Origin: Gemmatimonadota bacterium
GTDB taxonomy: Bacteria > Gemmatimonadota > Gemmatimonadetes > Longimicrobiales > RSA9
Reading direction: 5' to 3'
DNA length: 61,017 bases
Assembly: GCA_040902615.1 (NCBI GenBank)
Contig: JBBDWZ010000286.1
Location: 228 to 61,244, forward strand
How positions within the stretch are numbered: position 1 is the first letter of the stretch; each line of letters begins with the position of its first letter. A model generated the notes under the pieces. The model ran no database searches, was not told the DNA's origin, and saw only the letters and a program-made list of their open reading frames with translations. Both the position numbers and the translations under genes were made by a program. Positions 8,742 through 18,697 of this stretch are shown piece after piece.

Positions 8742-9841
8742 CGATCATAAAGAAATTTTTCCGCCCGACACTGCCGCTGGTGTTGATTACGATCGCCGCG
8801 GGTTGCCAGGATACCAGCGGGCCTGGATCACTCAGCAAGCTGAACGCAGCTGCCGCGCTGGCGGACTATAACGCGATGGATGCCGTGCTGCAGTCGACTG
8901 GTTGGAAGAGTTTCCAGATGACGGCTGCGAAAATGGATGTCACGAAGTTTGGTTTCGCGCCGGCGGCAGCGGCGCGCGCAACCGCGGCACTAAGCGAGCT
9001 TGCACCGGGCGGAGACCCGCGCGCATTCGCTTCTGCCATGGCGAGTGTTGCGAATGAGACTGTAGTCGCCGCCGCCGCGCGTATACCGCTCATCTCGGAC
9101 GCAAACCGCGGTAAGACCTTCGTCTTCAGCGCTCAGCTTCATGATTGGGTGGTTGACCCCGCCCGCACGGGCGCGCCGGCCAACGGCGTGCGCTTCATCA
9201 CCTACGAGCCGAAAGGCGCGGAACCGGATCCCACCAGGCCGACCGGGCATGCCGACCTGATCGACCTGGGCAACGCGAGCGCAGGCATCGCGCTGCGCCT
9301 GGTCGTGGTGGAAGGCAGTCTGACGGTTCTGGATTACAAAACGACGCTCGAGGGCACCGATGCCGGCGGCCACGTAACCGTCGATGGCTTCATCCAGAAC
9401 AATCGCGACAAGCTGGATTTCGACATCGACGTCAGCGGAGAGAAATCCGGTGGTGCCGAGCAAGGCGAGATCTCGCTCGACCTTGGCATTGCGGCGCGGG
9501 AGTTCCGCGTCACCGGTGAAGTGCGCTCTGAAAAACAGAATGGCAGCGAGAGCGGTTCGGTCGACCTGAGCGTGCGGCACGGCGCAGCTTCGTTCCGTGT
9601 GGATATCGAAAATGACCTGGGCACGCTCTCAGGCACCATTGATCTCAACAACGCAGCATTTGCGAAGGTCTCCGGCGAGGCTCAGCAACCCGTCTTCAAG
9701 AACCCGTCTGGTGGTGACATCAACGGTGCCGAAGCACTCGTGCTCTGGCGCATATTCGACATTACCGAGGACGTGTTCGATCTGTTCGAGGACCTGGTCG
9801 AGCCCATCGCGGAGCTCGTGATCATCGCGGTGATCCTGTAG
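8738..9841 (+). CDS. Hypothetical lipoprotein
   Basis: The ATG overlaps the upstream TGA (ATGA at 8738-8741). Lipobox LITIAAGC. No family recognised. Confidence 0.7.
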   Translation: MTIIKKFFRPTLPLVLITIAAGCQDTSGPGSLSKLNAAAALADYNAMDAVLQSTGWKSFQMTAAKMDVTKFGFAPAAAARATAALSELAPGGDPRAFASAMASVANETVVAAAARIPLISDANRGKTFVFSAQLHDWVVDPARTGAPANGVRFITYEPKGAEPDPTRPTGHADLIDLGNASAGIALRLVVVEGSLTVLDYKTTLEGTDAGGHVTVDGFIQNNRDKLDFDIDVSGEKSGGAEQGEISLDLGIAAREFRVTGEVRSEKQNGSESGSVDLSVRHGAASFRVDIENDLGTLSGTIDLNNAAFAKVSGEAQQPVFKNPSGGDINGAEALVLWRIFDITEDVFDLFEDLVEPIAELVIIAVIL

Positions 9842-9952
9842 GGGATATCGAGATGCTGGAGATAGGGAGATACCCTGTAGGGGATATCGAGATGTTGGAG
9901 ATAGGGAGATACCGGTAGGGGATATCGAGATGTTGGAGATAGGGAGATACCG
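9841..9952. repeat. Intergenic tandem repeat, 3 copies of a 38-39-bp unit
   Basis: ggggatatcgagatg(c/t)tggagatagggagatacc... occurs at 9841-9879, 9880-9917 and 9918-9952. It begins at the stop codon of the upstream gene and ends 38 nt before the ATG at 9990. It is visibly lower in GC than its surroundings. Confidence 0.9.
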
Positions 9953-9989
9953 TTTGAGCTGTGACAAAAAACGCTTACTCGAGGCTGAC

Positions 9990-10601
9990 ATGCGTTCAAC
10001 GTGGGCCGCTCGGGTCGCCATGCTCGCCTTCCTGGCTGGCGTGGCGGCCTCTCCGGTCGTAGCACAGCGATCGACCACACGCGGTTTCACTGTCGGCGCG
10101 CATCTTCAGGGTGCTTCGCTCGCTGTGGAAAATGGCGATCCCGATGACGGTGGCGGCCTCGGCCTGCGCGTGGGCTACGGCTTCAACCGCCGGTTCACGG
10201 GCTACCTGGAGACCGATGCGATCGTTTTCGATGTCGCCAACCCCGAGTTCGGCGGCTACTGGAGCATGGTGCACGCCGACCTTGGCGTTCGCTTCAACTT
10301 CGCCAATTCGCTGCGCCGGTGGGTCCCCTTCCTCGAAGGCGCCCTGGGCGTGCGCGCAGTTGATGTGGATGACGCCACCGTGAACGGGGATTCGGTCGGG
10401 AAGCTCAACTTCAGCGGTGGTGCGGCGTCGCTGGGTGGCGGCGTTTCCTTCTTTGCGACCGAGAAGCTGGCGATCGAAACACTCGTGAAATTTACCGGCG
10501 GCACCTTCGAGCAGGTCCAATGGGGCAACGTGTCGGTCAACAACCTGGATATCGAGGCGAGCTCGTTCCGGTTCAAGATTGGGCTGGCGTGGTGGCCCTA
10601 A
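9990..10601 (+). CDS. Outer-membrane beta-barrel protein (small porin / OmpW-OmpA-barrel type)
   Basis: The internal ATG at 9990 gives the signal peptide MRSTWAARVAMLAFLAGVAASPVVAQ. The body has Gly/aromatic-rich beta-strand repeats and the terminal motif FRFKIGLAWWP. Confidence 0.75.
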   Translation: MRSTWAARVAMLAFLAGVAASPVVAQRSTTRGFTVGAHLQGASLAVENGDPDDGGGLGLRVGYGFNRRFTGYLETDAIVFDVANPEFGGYWSMVHADLGVRFNFANSLRRWVPFLEGALGVRAVDVDDATVNGDSVGKLNFSGGAASLGGGVSFFATEKLAIETLVKFTGGTFEQVQWGNVSVNNLDIEASSFRFKIGLAWWP

Positions 10602-11188
10602 CGACTGAGTTGAGCCGCGCCCCCGCTGGGCCGAAAGATCTTGCTACCTTCGGCGGGACACTTTACTGCTGGATGGAAATCGGCGAATAGGCCGTTTGGA
10701 TTTTCCTTCCACGCCCAGACGTGGAGATACCAGATTTTCAGGTTGTCTTCGTGCTTCAGCGATTGACCCATCAACAGAGGCGCGACCGAATCTCTTGGCC
10801 ACACGCGATACGGGACGATGAACTCCATGCCATTCAATCGATACTCCCGCTCCGAGATCCGCTCGTAGAGAAGGATCTCGGGCCGGTCGAGGTCCAGCCG
10901 TGCATCCACCACGCTCGCATTGACGTGATGGTAGCCCATCGCCCCGTGATGCTCGTGCACGAGGCAGTCCTTGACCACGCCCGCATACCCGGCGGTGGCC
11001 GCCGCGTCGAGCGTGCGGAATGGCGCGGTAGACAGCCGCAACTGGCGTAAATCCCGAGCGACGCGCGGGTCGTCTTCGCGAGTCGTCGATGGAATCCGGT
11101 TACTGCTGCAGGCACTGGTCCCGACACCCATCGTCAGTGCGGCTAGTATGATCTGCAGCCGGCCGAGTATGCACACATGTTTTCTCAC
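10598..11188 (-). CDS. Hypothetical lipoprotein
   Basis: Signal peptide plus lipobox (LTMGVGTSAC). Its stop overlaps the convergent stop of the previous gene. No family recognised. Confidence 0.6.
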   Translation of the reverse strand: MRKHVCILGRLQIILAALTMGVGTSACSSNRIPSTTREDDPRVARDLRQLRLSTAPFRTLDAAATAGYAGVVKDCLVHEHHGAMGYHHVNASVVDARLDLDRPEILLYERISEREYRLNGMEFIVPYRVWPRDSVAPLLMGQSLKHEDNLKIWYLHVWAWKENPNGLFADFHPAVKCPAEGSKIFRPSGGAAQLSR

Positions 11189-11216
11189 ATTGCTCCTTTG
11201 GACGTCGCTGAGCGAT

Positions 11217-12554
11217 TCAGCGCGGGTTGCGGAGCCTTATCCCGTGCGGGTCAGCGCGTTCGATACCGGCCGCATCGCGGTTGCTGATCGGAACGACGGC
11301 TTTCAGGAAGCCGCGCGTGCCGTTCTGCTGCACCTGCACGACTCCAACGCCTGGTGTGCTCCCGGTCGACACATGCGGATCGCCGCTGAGCGGGACGGGG
11401 CCGCGGAGCGAGACAAAGATGCGGTTACCGGATGGGTGGGTGTCCGCCAGGTCGGGCGTGGGGTCGCTGCTAGAGCTTCCTGCGAGGTTTACCGTGGCAA
11501 CGTGGCTGCCGGTAGCACCGTCGAAGACCTCCGCGACGTTCGCACCGCGATCGAAGATCCACACGTTGCCCTGCACGAGCGTGGTGCCATGGGCATCGCG
11601 CGGCTCGACATCGTCGGAGAACACGAGTAAACGAGCGGGCGTGTTCGGCGGGTTGGACGCGGAATAACCCGTCAGCGGGAAGCGGTAGACGTCGAATTCG
11701 TGCAGGTTGTTGGCAGTCCCGCCGCCCGAGTTGAGCCACATGTAGCCACCGGTTTCGGTACCGCCGCACCCATTCGGATGCACTGTTGCTTTGTCATACT
11801 CTCCAATGATCGCCATTGGCGTTTGGTCTGGATCGACGACCAGCAGCCCACCACCGCGCAATGTGATCCAGCTCACGTTGCCGCTGCCGACGCGCGGGCA
11901 GATCGGGGCGTTGTCCGGACGAAGTATGGGATCCTGGCACGGCTGGCCATTCGGCGTGGTGCAGTTTGCGAGATCGATGGTCGCTGCCGTCGCGTGGACA
12001 TAGCTGTTGGTTGCGTAGTCCGTGTCGATACGCTCGAGCAGCTTCCCATTCTGATTCGCGACCAGGATGTGGCGGTCGTCAGGCGTGAGAAAGGCGGCGT
12101 GCGCCTGGATTGCGCCGCCCGCTCCGGGCGACATTCGGAGGCACGCGCTCGGTTTTCGCGTGGCACCGTCGAAGATCACCACGTGTCCGCTCACCACGAA
12201 CGACAGCACGCCGTGCGAGTGCGTGGAGTTGAAGAAGAGCATGTGCGGCCGGACCGGGTTCGCGCCGGTGCTGGACATGCACAGCGCAGCCGTTGCGCCG
12301 CCAAGATCGATGCTCGATATGGGCTTCGCCTTCGCTGCGGACTCGCCCATGAGATCGGACACGGCGAAGATGTGGATGGCTCCGCCGTACGTGAGCCCAT
12401 TCGTGTTCGACTGGTCGACCACCCAGACCTCGGGCTGAGCACTGCCCGCGAGCGCGGACTGTGCCGGCGTTTCGCTGGGTTCCTGCATCGGGTCGCCAAC
12501 GCAGGAGGCGAGGGCGAGAGAGCAGAAGGCTACAGCCGCGATGCGCTTCAGCAT
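11217..12554 (-). CDS. Hypothetical lipoprotein, probably beta-propeller fold
   Basis: MLKRIAAVAFCSLALASC lipobox. The remainder is a repetitive Gly/Val-rich beta-type sequence. No named family recognised. Confidence 0.65.
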   Translation of the reverse strand: MLKRIAAVAFCSLALASCVGDPMQEPSETPAQSALAGSAQPEVWVVDQSNTNGLTYGGAIHIFAVSDLMGESAAKAKPISSIDLGGATAALCMSSTGANPVRPHMLFFNSTHSHGVLSFVVSGHVVIFDGATRKPSACLRMSPGAGGAIQAHAAFLTPDDRHILVANQNGKLLERIDTDYATNSYVHATAATIDLANCTTPNGQPCQDPILRPDNAPICPRVGSGNVSWITLRGGGLLVVDPDQTPMAIIGEYDKATVHPNGCGGTETGGYMWLNSGGGTANNLHEFDVYRFPLTGYSASNPPNTPARLLVFSDDVEPRDAHGTTLVQGNVWIFDRGANVAEVFDGATGSHVATVNLAGSSSSDPTPDLADTHPSGNRIFVSLRGPVPLSGDPHVSTGSTPGVGVVQVQQNGTRGFLKAVVPISNRDAAGIERADPHGIRLRNPR

Positions 12555-12868
12555 GGGTTACTCCAATTATCGAAAGGGAGATTTGCGAACGAGTTCGGGT
12601 CGTGGACCGATCCGCTCGGGTCCGGCGGCGCGACGCGAGACTCCAAGATAGACTGCTCTGGCGCGACAGCAACGATGAGACCGGCACGACCGTTCGCCTT
12701 TGGGATCGCGCGTACCACACTTAAGACGCAACTTGCTGTAGCCGCGGCACGCGCGACCCGCCGACCTTCCGTTGCTCCAACGACTTAGGCCGCGCGAGCG
12801 ATGCGGCACGATCCCTTCCATTGGTTGGCTGGTTGGCACGCACTCGCTCAGATGCCGGAGAAGCCGCA

Positions 12869-15319
12869 ATGATACTCGGGACATCCTGGCTCGACTGGAC
12901 GCTCGGCGGGCGAATGCTCGTGAAGTACCCGGGCCTATCCGTAATCGGTGGGCTCACGCTCGCGGTGGCGATCGGACTCGGCGCCGGCTGGTTCGAGGTG
13001 ACGCGGCAGCTCACAAACCCGCGAATTCCACTGGCTGAGGGCGATCGCATCGTCCGCATCGACAACCGGGATGCGGCGGAATCCAGGGTGGAGTCGCGCT
13101 CACTGTACGACTTCCAGCTTTGGCGCGAGCAGCTCACCGCCATAAAGGAACTTGGCGTGTACCGCTCGCTCGAGCGGAACCTGATCACGCCTGACGGCAG
13201 CGCGCTTCCCGCAACGCTCGCGGAGATCAGCCCATCCGCCTTTCCGTTGACCCGCGCACCGCCGTTGCTGGGTCGCACACTCATCGAGGCGGATGCCCAG
13301 CCGGGAGCGGCTGATGTCGCGGTGATTGGATACGACATCTGGCAGACCCGGTTCGACAGTGATCCCGGCGTCATCGGTAGCACGGTCAGGATCGGCCGCA
13401 CGCCGGTGACCATCGTCGGTGTCATGCCGGAGGGGTTTCGCTTTCCGGTCAGTCATCAGCTATGGGTGCCACTGCGCGTGACCAGCGCGGCGCCGCGCGA
13501 AGGTTTAGCGATTAGCGTCTTCGGCCGACTCACCGATGGAGCTACGCTCGAGTCTGCGCAGACCGAGCTGACCACGATCGGGCAGCGCATCGCGGCAATG
13601 AATCCAACGACACATGCACAGCTCAGACCGCGCGTCGCATTGTATGCTGCGGCCAGCGGCGATGAGACCACCCTTGCACGCCTGTCCAATCTCATCGGCT
13701 GGTTGATCCTCGCCGCCGCTTGTGCCAACGTCGCCACGCTCCTGTTCGCGCGCACCGCTACTCGTGAGGCAGAGATCGTCGTGCGCAACGCACTCGGTGC
13801 TTCACGCGCTCGCGTCATGATGCAGCTGTTTGTCGAGGCATTCGTTCTGTGTGCGGCAGCCGCGATTGTCGGACTTACAGCGGCGAGCTTCGGGCTCGAC
13901 TTTGCCAATCAGCTGCTGGCCAAGCAAAACGGGATGCCCTTCTGGTTGCAGTTCAGTGTGGGCCCGATGACGGTCGCGTATGCAGCCGTCCTTGCATTCG
14001 GCGGTGCTGTCCTGGTCGGCTTGCTGCCCGCTTTACGGGCAACCGGCCCGCGTGTGCAGAATGCTCTTGCGACCATGGCGAGCGGCAAGACGAGCATTCA
14101 GTTCGGTGGCGTGTGGTCTACGCTGATTGTGCTGCAGGTCGCTTCCGCAGCGTTGTGTCTACCCATGGCCGTGTTTGCCGCGATCTGGACCCTGCATGAC
14201 GAATCAGCCCGACCCGGTTTTCCCACCCATGAATACCTGACATTCAGACCGGAGCTGGATCGTGACGCAACGCTCGCCGCGACCGGTGAATTGCGCGCCG
14301 CGGATTCTCGAGCACAGCTGTTGAACGTGTACAATGCGGTGAAACGTGGCCTGGAGGCCGAACCAATCGTGGCTGCGGTCACCTTCGCCGACGGACTGCC
14401 GGGCGCGTATTACCCATTGCGTATGGTGGAAGCACAGCGCGGCAGCGCTACGCCGTTCCTGGTTGATTCAAACATCGAAGGAGGCAGAGTCAGAACAGCG
14501 TCGGTCGACCCAGGCTACTTCGATTCGTTCCGACTCCCGCTGGTTGCCGGGCGCGCGTTTCACGCCGGTGATGTCGACGCGGGGACTATCGCCATCATCA
14601 ACGAGTCGCTCGCTCGCAACATCGGCGCTAACCCGCTGGGCGTGCGCCTACGCTACACTGCGCGCAATGCCAACGAGCAAAACAGCCCGTGGTACGAGGT
14701 AGTCGGGGTCGTGCGGGACGGCGATATGGAACCGCGGGGCGCGGACTTTGCCTTTTTGCCTGCGTCGGTGGCCAACGTGTCTCCGCTATTCGTCTCCGTT
14801 CAGGTGAGAGGCGACGCGGGCGCCTTCGCGCCACGGCTGCGCACGCTCGTGACGCAGGTCGAGCCCGGACTTCGGCTGTACGATCTGCTGCCGTTGGACG
14901 AAGTGCTGCGGCGCCGGAAACTGCCCGAGATCCAGGGCATGTTCGCCACCATCGCGATCACGCTTCTGATCATGGCGCTGTCTGCCGCCGGATTGTATTC
15001 GCTCATGTCCGTAGCCGTGGCGCGCCGCACGCGCGAAATCGGCATCCGCCTCGCCATCGGAGCGAGCCCGCGAGCCGTGCTCCGTGCACTCTTCGCGCGC
15101 GCGGCCATGCAGGTGGGCATCGGCATCGTCCTGGCCAATGTGCTCTTTCCGCCGCTGATGAAGGCAATCGGCCTCAGCGAATTCCCGGCCTATTTCGTGG
15201 TGATTTCGACACTCGTGGCGTCCGGTGGGATGATGCTGGTAGGACTGGTCGCGTGCGGCGTGCCGGCGCGCAGGGCGCTCCGCATCCAGCCAACCGAAGC
15301 GGTGAAATATGCGGGATGA
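12869..15319 (+). CDS. ABC transporter permease, MacB/FtsX-type duplicated 'ADOP' family (paralog 1)
   Basis: N-terminal TM (KYPGLSVIGGLTLAVAIGLG), large periplasmic MacB-like domains, and two FtsX modules ending in TREIGIRLAIGASPRAV...ACGVPARRALRIQPTEAVKYAG. The ATG at 12869 matches the starts of the paralogs. Confidence 0.9.
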   Translation: MILGTSWLDWTLGGRMLVKYPGLSVIGGLTLAVAIGLGAGWFEVTRQLTNPRIPLAEGDRIVRIDNRDAAESRVESRSLYDFQLWREQLTAIKELGVYRSLERNLITPDGSALPATLAEISPSAFPLTRAPPLLGRTLIEADAQPGAADVAVIGYDIWQTRFDSDPGVIGSTVRIGRTPVTIVGVMPEGFRFPVSHQLWVPLRVTSAAPREGLAISVFGRLTDGATLESAQTELTTIGQRIAAMNPTTHAQLRPRVALYAAASGDETTLARLSNLIGWLILAAACANVATLLFARTATREAEIVVRNALGASRARVMMQLFVEAFVLCAAAAIVGLTAASFGLDFANQLLAKQNGMPFWLQFSVGPMTVAYAAVLAFGGAVLVGLLPALRATGPRVQNALATMASGKTSIQFGGVWSTLIVLQVASAALCLPMAVFAAIWTLHDESARPGFPTHEYLTFRPELDRDATLAATGELRAADSRAQLLNVYNAVKRGLEAEPIVAAVTFADGLPGAYYPLRMVEAQRGSATPFLVDSNIEGGRVRTASVDPGYFDSFRLPLVAGRAFHAGDVDAGTIAIINESLARNIGANPLGVRLRYTARNANEQNSPWYEVVGVVRDGDMEPRGADFAFLPASVANVSPLFVSVQVRGDAGAFAPRLRTLVTQVEPGLRLYDLLPLDEVLRRRKLPEIQGMFATIAITLLIMALSAAGLYSLMSVAVARRTREIGIRLAIGASPRAVLRALFARAAMQVGIGIVLANVLFPPLMKAIGLSEFPAYFVVISTLVASGGMMLVGLVACGVPARRALRIQPTEAVKYAG

Positions 15320-15326
15320 GACCGGA

Positions 15327-17780
15327 ATGACACTCGGGATGTCCTGGCTCGACTGGAAGCTCGGCGGGCGGATGCTCGTGAAGTACCCGGGCCTTTCGGT
15401 TATCGGTGGCCTCGCACTCGCCGCGGCGATCGGACTCGGCGCCGGCTGGTTCGAGGTGACGCGCCAGCTTACCAAGCCGCGGCTGCCGCTGGCAGACGGC
15501 GACCGCATCGTCCGCATCGACAACTGGGATGCGGCGGCATCGAGGGTGGAGTCGCGCTCACTGTACGACTTCCAGCTCTGGCGCGAACAACTCACATCCA
15601 TCGATGAGTTTGGCGCGTATCGCTCGCTCGAGCGGAACCTGATCACGCCTGACGGCAGCGCGTACCCAGTGACGGTCGCGGAGATCAGCGCGTCCGCGTT
15701 TCCACTAACCCGCGTGCCACCGTTGCTGGGTCGTACACTCCTCGAGGCGGATACCGAGCCGGGAGCGACTGATGTCGTGGTGATTGGATACGACGTCTGG
15801 CAACGCCGGTTCGACGCTGATCGCGAGGTGATCGGTCGTACGGTCAGACTCGGTCGCACGCCGGCGACGATCGTCGGTGTCATGCCGGAAGGGTTTCGCT
15901 TTCCGATCAGTCATCAGCTGTGGGTGCCGTTGCGCCTGACCAGCGCGGCGCCGCGCGAAGGTTTGGGCATTAACGTTTTCGGCCGACTCACGGATGGAGC
16001 GACACTGGAGTCTGCGCAGGCCGAGCTGACCGCGATCGGACAGCGCATGGCGGCGACGAATCCGACGACGCACGCGCAACTCCGGCCGCGAGTCTCCCTG
16101 TACGCAGCGCCTGCACTTGGTGATCGACAGATCGCTGGCCTCGTGCGAGTGTCCAATATCCTGGCCTGGCTGATCCTCGCCGCCGCCTGCGCAAATGTCG
16201 CTACGCTGATGTTCGCACGGAACGCGACCCGCGAAGCGGAGATCGTCGTGCGCAACGCACTCGGCGCTGCCCGCGCGCGCGTTCTCATGCAGCTCTTTGT
16301 CGAGGCATTCGTCCTGTGCGCGGTCGCCGCACTGGTTGGCCTGATCGCTATCGATTTCGCACTGAGTTACGGGATTCGCCTTTGGCCGGATCCGAACCTC
16401 CAACTGCCGTTCTGGTGGGAGTTCAGGGTTAGACCGTCGACCGTTGTCTATGGCGCTATCCTCGCCTTCAGCGGTGCGTTGCTGGTCGGCCTGCTCCCGG
16501 CGCTCAAGGCGACCGGCCCGCGCGTGCAGCTGGCACTCACCAGCATGGCGAGCGGAAGCACCAGTATGCAGTTCGGTGGCTTGTGGTCGGTCATGATCGT
16601 GTTGCAGGTCATGTTCGCGTCGTTGTGCCTGCCCATCGCACTGGGCATCGCCTTCGACGTGCTGCGCGAGCGCCCGCCGCCTGCGTACCCCCTGCATGAA
16701 TACCTGACCTTCCGGCCCGAGCTGGATCGCGACGCTACGATCACCGCAGCAGGTGCCTTCCGCATCGAAGAGTATCGAGCGCACCTGTTGAAGGTGTATG
16801 ACGAGCTGAAGCGTCGCCTCGAAAGCGAACCATCTGTGGTTGCGGTCACCTTCGCCGATAACCTGCCGGGCATGGGTTACTTATCGAGCCAGCTGGAGGC
16901 CCAACGCGGCACCAGCGCGCCGTTCGTCGTCGCTGCGGACATCCCTGGGGATAGAGCCTGGACAGCGGATGTCGACATCGCGTTCTTCGATGCGTTCCGC
17001 ATCCCGCTCGTTGCGGGGCGCGCATTCCACGCCGGCGATGCCAATGCGGCGAATGCCGTCATCATCAACGAAACGCTCGCGCGCAACATTGGCGGCAACG
17101 CACTCGGTTCGCGTATACGATACGCGGGGCGTGACGCTGGTGAACAAGCGAATCCGTGGTACGAGGTCGTGGGCATCGTACGCAACCGCGCAATCGAGGA
17201 TGCGGACTTCATGTATGTGCCGGTGTCAGCGGCGGCTGTGTCACCGCTGGTCGTCGGCATTCACGTGCGAGGCGATGCCGCTGCGTTGGCGCCGCGGCTG
17301 CGGGCCCTCGCTACGCAGGTCGAGCCCGGACTCCGGCTGTACGACCTGGTGCCGCTGGACGAATTCGGGCGCCGCGAAGGCCTGGCCGTGACCCGCGCGA
17401 CGATCGCCATTGTCGTGATCACAATGCTGGTCATGGCGCTCTCTGCCGCAGGTCTGTATTCGCTCATGTCCGTCGCCGTGACCCGTCGCACGCGCGAGAT
17501 CGGCATCCGCCTCGCTATCGGCGCCAGTCCACGTGCGGTGCTCGCCGCGGTGTTCGCGCGCGCTGCCGTGCAGGTTGGCATCGGCATCGTGCTAGGCAAT
17601 GCGCTTCTGCCGCCGGTGATGACAGCACTCGGCCAGGCCGAGTTGACTGTCGGTGAGGTGCTGCCGCAGATGCTCGCCGCGTCCGCCGCGATGTTGCTGG
17701 TGGGACTGGTCGCGTGTGGTGTGCCCGCGCGCAGGGCGCTCCGCGTTCAGCCAACCGAAGCGGTGAAATACGCGGGCTGA
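15327..17780 (+). CDS. ABC transporter permease, ADOP family (paralog 2, tandem to paralog 1)
   Basis: Collinear and highly similar to 12869-15319 (MTLGMSWLDWKLGGRMLVKYPGLS...RALRVQPTEAVKYAG). It starts 8 nt after the previous stop. Confidence 0.9.
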   Translation: MTLGMSWLDWKLGGRMLVKYPGLSVIGGLALAAAIGLGAGWFEVTRQLTKPRLPLADGDRIVRIDNWDAAASRVESRSLYDFQLWREQLTSIDEFGAYRSLERNLITPDGSAYPVTVAEISASAFPLTRVPPLLGRTLLEADTEPGATDVVVIGYDVWQRRFDADREVIGRTVRLGRTPATIVGVMPEGFRFPISHQLWVPLRLTSAAPREGLGINVFGRLTDGATLESAQAELTAIGQRMAATNPTTHAQLRPRVSLYAAPALGDRQIAGLVRVSNILAWLILAAACANVATLMFARNATREAEIVVRNALGAARARVLMQLFVEAFVLCAVAALVGLIAIDFALSYGIRLWPDPNLQLPFWWEFRVRPSTVVYGAILAFSGALLVGLLPALKATGPRVQLALTSMASGSTSMQFGGLWSVMIVLQVMFASLCLPIALGIAFDVLRERPPPAYPLHEYLTFRPELDRDATITAAGAFRIEEYRAHLLKVYDELKRRLESEPSVVAVTFADNLPGMGYLSSQLEAQRGTSAPFVVAADIPGDRAWTADVDIAFFDAFRIPLVAGRAFHAGDANAANAVIINETLARNIGGNALGSRIRYAGRDAGEQANPWYEVVGIVRNRAIEDADFMYVPVSAAAVSPLVVGIHVRGDAAALAPRLRALATQVEPGLRLYDLVPLDEFGRREGLAVTRATIAIVVITMLVMALSAAGLYSLMSVAVTRRTREIGIRLAIGASPRAVLAAVFARAAVQVGIGIVLGNALLPPVMTALGQAELTVGEVLPQMLAASAAMLLVGLVACGVPARRALRVQPTEAVKYAG

Positions 17781-17784
17781 GCTA

Positions 17785-18402
17785 TCAATGGCTAGGTCGC
17801 TTCGAGCCCAACTTCAGCATATATGCGCCCAGAACTCCAAAGGCGGCTAGCGGAACCAGCGAAAACAGCGCGTCTGCCGCGATTCTGGGAAGAAATGCCG
17901 CGGCGACGATGCCGATCCCAGCGCCAACCGTGACGCGGCCCGTCACGCGATGCAGTCGAATCCAGGTCAGGCGATTGGTGACTGCCCGCTGAATGCGGAT
18001 CCCAATGACCGAATTCGGGCGCGTGCGCGGCAGCAGATTGCCGATTCCGATCAGGGTGCCACCGACCGCGAGAAACACCAGCCGGTACATCCACGACGCC
18101 GGACCCAGCAAAGCAGTCAAAACAAATCCATGCAGCACGATCATGAACACGACCAGCCGGGAAACGATCCTCTGGCAGGTTTCGACCGATAGCTCGTCAC
18201 CGGGAATGGTCTGGTCACGCTCGAGCAGGTTGCCCAGCAACATGGATACTGCACCCGCAAACGTCGGCAGGCCGAGAAAAAGAAGGCCGATCGGTGCGTC
18301 GCCCAGCCTATCGATCGCTTGCTGACCGAGGAGCTGGAAGTAGACCACCGCGCTGGCTACGTACCCTGCGACTACTACGCCGAGATTCCTTGGCTTCGAC
18401 AT
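17785..18402 (-). CDS. SdpI-like / DUF1648-type integral membrane protein
   Basis: GGAGG lies 7 nt upstream of the ATG at 18402. It has several TM segments, and the motif NLLPRTRPNSVIGIRIQRAVTNRLTW resembles the SdpI GIRT..W motif. It is paired with an ArsR-type regulator. Confidence 0.65.
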   Translation of the reverse strand: MSKPRNLGVVVAGYVASAVVYFQLLGQQAIDRLGDAPIGLLFLGLPTFAGAVSMLLGNLLERDQTIPGDELSVETCQRIVSRLVVFMIVLHGFVLTALLGPASWMYRLVFLAVGGTLIGIGNLLPRTRPNSVIGIRIQRAVTNRLTWIRLHRVTGRVTVGAGIGIVAAAFLPRIAADALFSLVPLAAFGVLGAYMLKLGSKRPSH

Positions 18403-18697
18403 TGCGCGCCTCCGGTTTCAGCCACTCGAGAAAATGCTGCACCAGATCCTCGAACACCGTGGTATTCAGCTCGTACCGGATTTCCTGGCCGTAGCGCTCG
18501 GCCACCACCAGGCCGGCATCCCGCAGCACGGCGAGGTGCCGCGAGATGGTCGGCCAGCTGGAGTCGAACGCCGCCGCGATTTCACCGGACGTCAGCGCAT
18601 CCTCACGCAACAGCCGCAGGATGTCGCGCCGCGTCTGGTCGGCGAGTGCGCGGAAGACCGCGGGCGTGGGTTCGGGGTCGGTCGGTCTGGATTGCAT
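18308..18697 (-). CDS. ArsR/SmtB-family (SdpR-like) transcriptional regulator
   Basis: The wHTH region FRALADQTRRDILRLLREDALTSGEIAAAFDSSWPTISRHLAVLRDAGLV is present. ATG at 18697. The reading frame runs 95 nt into the downstream gene. Confidence 0.85.
   Translation of the reverse strand: MQSRPTDPEPTPAVFRALADQTRRDILRLLREDALTSGEIAAAFDSSWPTISRHLAVLRDAGLVVAERYGQEIRYELNTTVFEDLVQHFLEWLKPEARNVEAKESRRSSRRVRSQRGGLLPAPRSASDR

Noticed and set aside
9841-9952. Tandem repeat considered as a CRISPR array
   Set aside because: The three units are directly abutting with no unique spacers, and no cas genes are present. This is a simple tandem repeat.
12721-13425. Long antisense ORFs opposite the permease genes: 12721-13425, 14786-15883, 15705-16784 and similar ones
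   Set aside because: They mirror plus-strand genes that have clear FtsX/MacB motifs and paralog conservation. Their translations are Arg/Ala/Ser-rich low-complexity sequence, typical of shadow frames in high-GC DNA.
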